From assembly GCA_000934665.2 (NCBI GenBank), contig JYFJ02002444.1, positions 1 to 56,896 of the forward strand: a stretch of DNA of 56,896 nucleotides, in the 5' to 3' direction. Source of the DNA: Catajapyx aquilonaris (taxonomy: Eukaryota). Made by a program: the position numbers and the translations under genes. Positions 47,121 to 56,896 of the stretch are shown here, piece after piece (position 1 is the first letter of the stretch; each line of letters starts with the position of its first letter). Under the pieces are notes generated by a model. That model was given only the letters and a program-made list of their open reading frames with translations. It searched no databases and was not told the DNA's origin.

Positions 47121-47811
47121 ACGACCATCAGTAATGACTCTTTGCACATGTCCCACTGCAATACTCACCACCCTTGCCTGCACCATTTATCGGGTATGCA
47201 TATTAGTGGGGTATATCGTAGTTACTTTTAAAGTAATGCCAATCTAATTAATTCAATGCCAATATGAGTGATCACACACAACATTACTCTCAAATCGGGG
47301 TCTCAGCATCCAACACTACTATTATGACTGTGTTTCTCTATTTTTCAAAGGGTTGAACATGAATCCTATTATGTCACTGGAGGTATGTCACGGGCCAATT
47401 TCGTGTCTGTTGGTTGGTAATCAATGATTAGGCAATGTAGATTTTTGACATTACTATCGTGGTGCTGGTGTCCTGATAACCAACTGAGAATTTAGATACA
47501 TTTCAAGACTTTGAACAGTGTAGGTTATATTATTGCATCGTATGTGGAAACATCAAAACATGTAACAATTAAAATATATTCATTATGAAAACAGGTTTTG
47601 TAATTACCTTTTTGGTGCTATGTTTGGCAATATATTAATTCTCTCAACAAAGAATTTTGGACCCATGAGATCTAAATAATTATGTGTAACAATAATGCCC
47701 CGCCTCTATAAGTGTAAATGACATCACAGTTTGTTCATCTCTTTTATTTCCCGAGGCTTGAATAAATGACACCCATAAAAAGCAACGAGTGCGTATTATT
47801 TGGTCTGGCTT

Positions 47812-47970
47812 GACTTGGATCAAGTGCGCCAAGTTGGGAAAAGGTAAAGGTGAAGATGAAGGTACCAAACTGTGCAGGATTCGTCAAAATGGGAAAGTGC
47901 TTTGGGAAAATATTCCATCAGGTGGGTACAATCAACTCGTATCGTTCAAAGTTACCTTCATGCGCACTCG
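47812..47970 (+). pseudogene. OBP-like gene fragment
   Basis: Matches OBP exon 4 end, exon 5 and intron 5 without intron 4. Confidence 0.75.
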
Positions 47971-47971
47971 T

Positions 47972-48310
47972 TCTTTCATCCTGAAATGTACACATATCAC
48001 TTAAAACATGTGCAACTTCTTAAGGCTACGTACCATTCAGAGTACACTAGATGCACACCTTATATTACTGGTTTTATCATCAGTAATAGCCAAGGCGTCA
48101 TCACCAGATTCAGCCCCAACTCTGGTAGTGACCAGCATTTCATCCTCTACAGCCTCCAACTGAACGCCACTTGTTGCCTTCACAAAGACTGTGGATCATC
48201 AAGGTACGACTGGGCTTCTGCTTTAAACGCCGACGTCCACGCTTCTTCTGCTGTACTGTCGTCGTCTTCTATTTTCACCTCTACCATTCGAGTCATTGCC
48301 ATCATCCTGA
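47972..48310 (-). pseudogene. ZF4 paralogue relic (intron and first exon only)
   Basis: Aligns to 22830-23140 (MVEVKIEDDDSTAEEAW..SGDDALAIT). Confidence 0.75.
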
Positions 48311-49676
48311 AAGAATAATGTGAATTAACACATACTGCACGACACATACTTGTATGTTGTGTCTCTTTGATATTATCCACGCAGAACATTACTAATGATT
48401 AGAAAATATCAATGGAAACTCACCATTCAATATTTCTTTATTATTTATTATTGAGACTGTTTGTACTTTGCAAATTACAATTATTTTGCTCAGGTCAGTA
48501 CAGCAAAACCTGGATAATTATAACAGCAGACGGCAGAGAGAAAAATGGGCATGATTGGCATGCGAGAGAAAAATTACTCTCTCAAGCAAAATGTTGGCTG
48601 TGAGTGCCACAAATTCAATGATCAAAATGTACGCAGACTTTATTGGGATACCAATTTCGCGGCTTGTATAATTAGCGTTAAATTATTTTTCTAGTTTTGC
48701 ATTGTCCACTATAACTAACAATTACTTGTAGGTAGGTTTAAACCAAACGTCACATGTCTAGGTTGAGGGGGATGAAATATACACTGTATATAGTTGGTAC
48801 TTTTGTGGAGAATATCTATAGTGAAACGCTCTGTACATTAATGCAATATTTATGACTGTCAATTTGTCTGCTCTACCCTTAGGTGTAATGGAAGTTAGTG
48901 GCCATGGAGGCAGCAGAACTGTCCTTATATTTGCCACTTTCATGAGATGACACAATGTACATAATGAATAAATACATCATTTATCTATAATATAGATCGG
49001 AAATTAAAACGACACCCGTACTTTGTACTTCCTGATCCATTTTGGCAGTAAGAAGATAATGACCACCTTTCACCTCATCAAATTAAAACTGCTTACATCT
49101 GACTTTGACGAATGTCATTATGTAAACATCCTCCGCTTATCTGGGCATAAAAATGCACGTGATCGTTGTTCCATTTGAGGGGAATATTCGGAACAAGTGT
49201 CCGTCTTTTTTTCTTCCATAAGTAGGCCTGACATCGCAAGTGTTTCAGCCACGTTGTATCATTATTCTCTGGTCACATGGAGTTCACTGGAATTGCAATT
49301 CAAGCTCGCTTTTGTCACTTCATTCCTTGTGATCTTCTGATGAAAGTTTCGGAGCGGGATAAACTCACGAAAACATGTCTGCCGATAAGTGTGTCAGTGC
49401 CCTTCTCCCACAAATGTCTTATTTGCGGTCACCAATGTCAATATTTAATCAGTGCGTCCCACAGGATTGAGGAGAAAGGAGCAAGGGGAGTTCAAAGAGC
49501 ATAAAATTTCCTAACCATAGCACACGTGATAGATGATCTTAAGGAGGCCTCAGCCTCTGCCTATAAATGTCTTATCTGAGGTCACCAATGCAATGTCACT
49601 ATATTTAAGCAGTAAGCCCCACCGGATTGAGGAGAAAGGAGTCGTCTTGATCCAGTCAAGTGCAGCATCCTCCGAG

Positions 49677-52405
49677 ATGATGGCCAACTTCAGCAGTTTT
49701 GGTCCCTATTTGTTGTCCACCCTTCTGTTGTTCCTCTCAGGGGACAATCATTCCCTGGCCCTCACAAACAATGCAGCCGAAAACATTCCCCGTGCCGCCC
49801 ATCCGAAGGAAACCAGCAAGGAAGATGGAGTAGACTTGGCCATGGTGATGAGAGCTATGGAGGATGGATTTGCTCAATCTGGTAATAATAAAGGGCCGAT
49901 GGATAATATTATTATTATCACACCTTGTTTTAAAATCCGTTGAATATGCTCTTGCTTTCTTCATTCTGCAGCACGAGAAGTGAGAGAAATCAAGGGGGAA
50001 GTGAAGTTATTAAAAGAAGGAATGAAATCATTAGAAGAGAAATTGAGGTAAGTAAGGGACCACGTGTGTCAACCCAACAGCTCTTATTGCCACCAATATA
50101 TAGTTCAGGGTAGAATAGTCGTGATGCTGTCACAGGCATTCTTTCCCAACATGGTAGATTATGAAGCTATATGTGTTCGTGAAAACAGTGAGGAATTATT
50201 AAGAAGACGGTTTAATATTGAATGTTGACCTATGTGGGCCTAATTATTTCTTCAAAATACGTGCAATTCATTCCAGCCATGCACTGGACACTATCACCTC
50301 ATTGGTGACGGATATTGTGAACAACGCAACTGTCTGCCCGACCGAATCTGGTAAGAATTCCGATCATTGCTTACGTATATTCTGTGCGTTAGATGAAAAT
50401 ATTAATATGATTTTTGTGCTTTCATTTGCTACAAGTACCGTATAGTCAGTTACACTCACACCTTTGCAAGGAAAGCTGTGAGGAAATTGTGTCTATTACC
50501 AATGTCAAAAAAGCTGACCATGAAGTGTACAGAAAATAGGCAGGGCGACAATGTAACTGCGGCCTATGTAACTGAGCAAAATGCTTGTAAGGGATGCTTT
50601 TAAAACAGTGGGAAAGGGTGTTAATGTGGAGGTGCTCCAGCAGAGTTTTGAAAAACTGACTGGTTTTGCGACGATGAAGTGAATGAAGACTGATTTACAC
50701 TATTTCTTTCAGACCATACACCTTCCGCACTTCCTCCATCCAATTGCCATGACCTTCTGCAACGAGGGCACATATCTTCTGGCGAGTACTCTGTGACCAT
50801 CTCTGGAAAAAATGTTAAGGTCAGAAAGAGGGCGCATTCGCTCTGAATGATAGCGGGCTACATCACCTAATGTCGTCTGGTCCACAGGTGTATTGCGACA
50901 TGACCACGGATGGAGGAGGGTGGACTGTCATACAAAAAAGAGACGACATCTGGTCTCACGAGGACTTCAATCGAGATTGGGCAGATTACAAGAGAGGGTT
51001 TGGTGATCTGAATGGGGAGTTCTGGCTGGGTGAGTTGCACTCTTGTCACTTATTGTCACCATCACAGCAGACGAATGGATTGGCAGGCCTAACGAACCAG
51101 AATTCAAAGTGGGGCGAGATAAAATGAAGACCACAATTCAATACGGGTCCAATTGTGAAAATATAAAATGTTTGGGAAGCGAAAAAACTATTTAATTTTG
51201 TTTCCGATCATGCTGGTAGGCAATTATGCTTTGACTTGATGACAGATGAAAGAGAAACGAATATCTGACAGAACTTGCATAGAAATCGGCATATGTAATT
51301 ATATTTCATTTAGATACTTTCAATGCTCACAATTGGGCCATTCTTGCACTGTATTGTTCCTTTGGCCTAAATATGGAGACTTTGCAGACTAAGTATGATT
51401 GTGATATGTATAGGAGACACATTCTTCGCGCCAGAGTTACATGATATTCAATTAAATGTAATGTTTTTTGGCCTACCATGCCACATGTATACATTATAAA
51501 GTATCGGCCATTTTTAACCACTTCCCGAGGGCGTAGGTCAAAGATTTTTTGGTAACATGTAGACCCACAAGTCTGCTTTATTTGCCACTAAACTAGGTTT
51601 CGCACTGCTCCTCGGAGGGGAACGTTCCAATGGTAAAGCAAAATCTTCTTCGGAAGGAAATCAAAAGTCGTGATGGGACACAAAAATCACTTGAAAATCA
51701 CTGATATTTTCAAAATCGCAGGTCACTTGTAGCGTATTAGAAGCCAATTTTAGACAATTCTAGTGACATTCCAGCTAATTTTGAATTTTCTACAGAAGGA
51801 CATCCACCAAAATAATAACATAAACAATTAAAAGTACTCTCTCAGAGGTCTAAACATACACTTTGCCTTGCCATAATTGCTGAACTCCCTTTTCATTGTA
51901 CTGTACATGACTTGTAAATCCTAATCTGCACGAGTATTATGTCCCACCCCATACAGGTCTGGACAACATCCACGGACTGACCACTTCCACTCCAATGAGA
52001 CTCCGGATTGACCTGGAGGATTGGGAGGGGGAGAGGAGGGTCGCCCTGTACAGCACTTTTGTGGTCGGAGGGGAAGAGGAGGAGAAGTACAAGCTCACTG
52101 TGGGAGGGTACGAGGAGGGACCCGGAGGAGGAGACCCGTGGGACTCTCTTGCCTCACACAATGGCATGGCCTTCTCCACAAGAGACAGGGACAACGATGG
52201 TGATGGTGGAAATAACTGCGCAGAGAGGTCCAAGGGTGGCTGGTGGTACAAATCGTACAATGGATGCCTCCATTCCAATCTGAACGGACTTTATCTCAAG
52301 GGAGAGCACGGCCAATACGATCAAGGTGTCATCTGGGGCTATAACTGGAAGGAATCATGGAGTTACTCTCTGAGAAAAGCAGCCATGATGATCAGACCCA
52401 GATGA
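49677..52405 (+). CDS. FREP5: secreted fibrinogen-domain protein, ~350 aa
   Basis: Exons 49677-49881, 49972-50047, 50277-50350, 50713-50819, 50888-51029, 51957-52405 (1053 nt, open). Confidence 0.88.
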
Positions 52406-52644
52406 ACGACTAGGAATGACTCATTGCACTTGTCACCCTTCTACACTCACCACCCTTGCCTGCACCATTGTCACATCGGGTGTGCATAATAGTGGGGTAT
52501 ATCATAGTTTCTTTTAAAGTAATTTTAGACCCATGAGATCTACATAATTGTGTGTCCTAATGACCTCACAGTTTGTTCATCTCGTTTATTTCCCCGAGGT
52601 TTGAATAAATGACACCAACCAGAGCGTATTATTTGGTCTGGCTT

Positions 52645-52741
52645 GACTTGGATCAAGTGCGCCAAGTTGGGAAAAGGTTAAGGGTGAACAGGAAGATACC
52701 AAACTGTGCGGGATTTGTCAAAATGGGAAAGTGCTTCGGGA
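52645..52741 (+). pseudogene. OBP-like gene fragment
   Basis: gacttggatcaagtgcgccaagttgggaaaaggttaagggtgaacagg..., exon 4 joined to exon 5; followed by a ZF4 5' remnant (cf. 23243-23300). Confidence 0.75.
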
Positions 52742-53572
52742 GTGGTCTCTCCACAAAAACTCTCAGAAAACTACGAGGAAGACCACAAAAAAGTCTTAAT
52801 TTTTGTGTTTTTAAGCCAGTTTTTAGTATTTTTCAAAATAAATCTCTGCTTGGTGTGGTGCTTCTGAATAGTTTTTGGCACATGTTAAACATGAATAAAT
52901 GCAATATTTATTTTCACAAATATTGGTAAAAAATACTATTTAAAAGAACATGCACGCTGCTACACAGTACAGGTTGGACAGTTATGATCTAAAACACTTT
53001 CGAAATATTCGTACAAATTTGCTTTAAAATTCCGACAGCACGCTCTAATATCTAAAATTATTTTCCGGGGAAATCTGTCCCTAACTGTGCAGTTAATTAC
53101 AATTATGTAGTCATAGCCAGTAATATTTTACAATTATATAAAAATGCAGACATCTCTCTGTAATATTTGGCTCATTTATTATTGAGACTGTTTGTACTTA
53201 GCAAATTACAATTATTTTGCTCAGGTCAGTACAGCAAAACCTGCATAATTATAACAGCGGACGGCAGAGAGAAAAATATTTACATCTGCCGTGATGAATT
53301 TTCCCCTCCCTTGATGTCTCGACATGACGCCAGTACTTTGAGTGTAATACGTTTAAAAAATGTCAAATATTATCTGCACATTTTACAATATTGCAAGGTA
53401 TGTACAAACTTTTCAACGCAAACTGAACATAGGCTGGCTGCCCATGATTTATATACATGAGGGTACCATTTGATTAATTAATATTTAACACTGGAAAAGG
53501 AAACATAAAATTTTCATATTATGTACACATGCTTGTGGGAGGGAAATACTTTAACGCAGATAACCCTGCGTG

Positions 53573-55264
53573 TTAATGATGCTGCTTCTTCTCATGTCTT
53601 CTCAAAGCAGATGAGTGACTGAACTTTTTTTCACAAATTTTACAACTGTACGGCTGCTCTCTGGTGTGCACTGGCATATGCCTGGTCAAAGCGCATGATT
53701 GGCTAAATGTTTTGTTGCAAAGCTGACAGCGGAAAGGCTTCTCCCCCGTGTGACACCTCATATGTACTCTCAAATTGGACGTTTGACGAAACCTTTTATC
53801 ACAGAGTTGGCAACTGTATGGCTTTTCACCCGTGTGACTTCGCATGTGCGCATTCAATGTAGGTTGCTCCCTAAATTTTCTGTTGCAAATGACACATTCG
53901 AATGGTTTTTCCCCAGTATGCGTCCTCATATGCCTGGATAAAACGGACGAATCGCTAAGCTCCATGTTGCAAACTGGACATCTGACAAGCATCTCTCCAG
54001 CATGCTTCCTCATGTGAGTCTCTAACTGAAAAGGGTAGCTAAACTTTCTCGGACAAACTTGACAACAGAATGGCTTCTCGCCCGAATGCCGTCTCATATG
54101 TAACGACAAGTCATCCATCGTCTTAAATTTGAGAGTGCATGCATCGCAGCCGAACGGCTTTTCTTCAGGATGCGTGGCCATGTGTTTGGACAGAGCCGAC
54201 GAGTAGCGAAACTCCTTTTTGCAAACCTGACAGCTCAGTGGCTTTTCTCCCGTGTGACTCCGCAAATGCTGTTTCAAATGATCTGACCTATTAAATTTCT
54301 TATTACAATGCGGGCAACAAAATTCTTTCTCTTCCCTATGCCTTCTTTTCCGTATTGCAGTAGGTTCAGGAGCAGATGGCACGTTCTCTTCTTGAACGTC
54401 CTCTTGATCGCCCTGAAACATACAACAATTGTTTAGTGCAATGGTTGGAATGTTAAGCATGTTAACTAGGTCGAAATATTCAGATTCAGAGGTGCAATTT
54501 GCATTATCTGCACTCCAAACTGACCCTTGGAGTGCAAACTGCATTTGGTCCTGTTTTTTAAGGTGCCGTTTACATGTGAGCAATTTGATCCCCAAGCTAC
54601 AACAACACTGAGCAACGCAACTAATATTGTTTGAGGTGAAATTAACAATTGAGTTTCGCTTTATTGGATACTCGCTTGGCGATGACATCGGGCGCATCGC
54701 TCACATGTAAACGCACCTTTACAATTATTTTAACTGCCCATAAGGAAACTTGTGAGCATAGCTTAATCAAGTAAGGTGAAGTGGGGTAAGTGCATAAACG
54801 GGCCGCCATATTGGAATGAAAATGGTTGACGACACCAAAACGCTTCCGGGGATGTTATGTGCAGCTACATGAAGAGTGCCTGATGCGTTTTGGTGTCGTC
54901 AGCCATTTTCATTCCAATATGGCAGCCCGTGTATGCACTTACCCCGGGTATGCACTTACCCCACTTCACCTTAGTAGTTAACAGAAATCCTGCATAAATT
55001 TATTACACTGATTAGATTCATATCAGCTCCAGTTGTTGGCGACCTCTCCGGAGCAGATTCTAAAGGGTCATCATCCACTGGGGCAGTAGCGTCTGGGGCA
55101 GTAACCAGCACCTCCTCCTCTTGCTCTGTCTTCACCTCGGCCTCTTCAGACTCATCCATGAAGCACGACGACTTCTCTTCCTTCACCGTCGCACACCAAG
55201 TCTCTTCCGTCGTAGCAACCCGCTCCGGGTCCTCCTCCACCTCCGTCTTGATGGTCAGCGACAT
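53573..55264 (-). CDS. C2H2 zinc-finger protein ZF5 (9 fingers)
   Basis: Exons 55264-55007 ([20 protein letters not shown]) and 54412-53573, phase 0; probable 5' UTR intron ~55270-55428. Confidence 0.88.
54562..54717. mobile_element. MITE in ZF5 intron
   Basis: GGTGCCGTTTACATGTGAGC / GCTCACATGTAAACGCACC inverted ends. Confidence 0.65.
54774..54971. mobile_element. ~200-bp near-perfect palindromic MITE with TA flanks, in ZF5 intron
   Basis: TA|AGGTGAAGTGGGGTAAGTGCATA...TATGCACTTACCCCACTTCACCT|TA; arms pair over ~70 bp. Confidence 0.8.
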
Positions 55265-56808
55265 TGTTCTAAAAAACATGAGTTGAATGAGCAGACTGGC
55301 CCAGGGGCAAACCAAGGGCATACACATCATATTCTCTCCTCAATGAAATATTGTTGTCCACTCCGATCCACCCCGTAGTGCAATGAAAGACCAAGCACAA
55401 GCCCCCACCATCAGCCAGTCAACTCACCCCCGATGCGGCCGGTCCTTCCAGCCCAAAACCAGGCCTCAAAAGACGGCCAGGACAAGCCCAAAATTGCCCC
55501 CCAAAAAATGTTGTCAATTCCACAATAATTTTTGTGTCGAACGAAAGGCGGCCATCTTGGAAGACATTTGGAAAACAAAAGAGGGGTGCGTTCAGACTCT
55601 ACACGAACCAAACCGTTCCCTTGTCTAAAACATGTTATTGAAAATAACCGCTACTGCAATCACTGCTAGTTAGTTACGTTATCAGCTAGTCGTTATTTTA
55701 CCAAAAAGTCGCAAAAAGTACACTAAATTTAATTAGGATGGAATTTTCGTCCCACTTGCTTCTAACTGTGACGTACAATTATTTTATTTTTAAATTTGGG
55801 GAAAAAAATTCAGGGCCTTCAAAATAACAGGTAGCTACAATCTAGGTGCATCTGTTGTAGAGTACATTTAGTTTTTAAATACTCAATCACGTTTTTTATC
55901 GGTCTGTTTTATTATTTACACATGAACTTATTTTTAATGGCATTCAAAATTCAATCACATGAAGATAAAATATAATTAAATGGGGTCACAAAAAAAACCC
56001 ATGATACCAGTTATACGTTGCTGAGATCCATGATACTGTACCACTTAAGGGTAAAATAAATCCTGCAAGTTCTGCACATAATTTGGACATACTTCATTCT
56101 TAGATGGTGATGTTGTGGATTACATCAACTACAATGGAAAGGTTAGCATATCTTTATTGTAAAGGGAATAAATTTTTGCAGAGGGTCTAGTTCAAGTGAG
56201 GGAGTACAAAGAAGCAGCCCGTTGCAATCTTCTCCTTATTGTTGCTGTTACTGTCTATGGGGGTCTAGTGACTGAACCATAACTTCTCACTGTACTGTAC
56301 TTGATATGCGTGTGTAAGAAATTGTGGGTCAGAAAGCAAATTAATCAGCTTTTGTCTAATGATAACATAACATTCATATGTACAAGTTTTTATCGCATCC
56401 TCAAAAAATTACTGCAACATTTGCTTGACATCTACTTTGGTCTCTCATCAATCTCTATAATTACACTACATGACAAAACTAGGCTGTACTACTGCTCTGA
56501 ATGTCAGTACATTTTTTGTTTTAGTCATCAAGAGAAACGATTTCCAGAAGATGCTTGGTCACTCGCATTGGCATTAAATTACGGTAATGGCCATTGAAAA
56601 TGTGCCCCATTCCAGCTATTGCGGAGAGCATGACATCTATTAGAATATCGGGATCTTTTCTAGTCAAAAGGAGAAAAGAGAAACAAACAGCCATACATAA
56701 TATGACTTATTACGGTGCATAAGGGTACGCACCAACAAGGCGAGCAGTTATAACAATGGTGCAGGTGGTGAATATGGTGACATGTGCAATTATGTGGCAA
56801 GTGGACGT

Positions 56809-56896
56809 CTATCTAGGTCTGATCTTCATGGCTGCTCTTCTCAGAGAGTACTCTGATCCCTTCCAGTGGTACCAGATGACACCTTGATTCAATTCG
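56809..56896 (-). CDS. FREP6 3' end (partial, inverted orientation)
   Basis: Minus strand reads ..ELNQGVIWYHWKGSEYSLRRAAMKIRPR*. Confidence 0.8.
   Translation of the reverse strand, partial: ELNQGVIWYHWKGSEYSLRRAAMKIRPR

Noticed and set aside
54413..54697. N-terminal 95 aa of the 374-aa ZF ORF
   Set aside because: Intronic read-through that includes a MITE; the real first exon is 55264-55007

Overview
Eukaryotic genomic DNA with short GT-AG introns, most likely from a hexapod/insect (inferred from a Plus-C-type odorant-binding-protein gene and insect-style tRNA-SINEs). The window is dominated by a tandem array of secreted fibrinogen-related proteins (FREPs; signal peptide + variable coiled coil + ficolin/tachylectin-like FBG domain). 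It holds four intact genes, one pseudogene, two intact 'orphan' terminal exons and the 3' end of an inverted copy at the right edge. These are interleaved with five C2H2 zinc-finger genes plus decayed copies, a six-exon PARG gene, a six-exon OBP-like gene missed by the ORF track, a head-to-tail triplet of non-autonomous Helitrons with nested SINEs/MITEs, and many small DNA-transposon derivatives. Most notable: (1) one FREP has gained two in-frame phase 1-1 LDL-receptor class A exons in intron 3; (2) FBG ligand-pocket loops are hypervariable on a near-constant framework, with spare intact terminal exons; (3) one ZF gene has a minisatellite-like 84-bp finger array with a premature stop; (4) the amplified unit is FREP-OBP-ZF, and only the FREP survives. 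All exon models were assembled by eye from splice signals, phase and paralogue comparison; no database searches were run.
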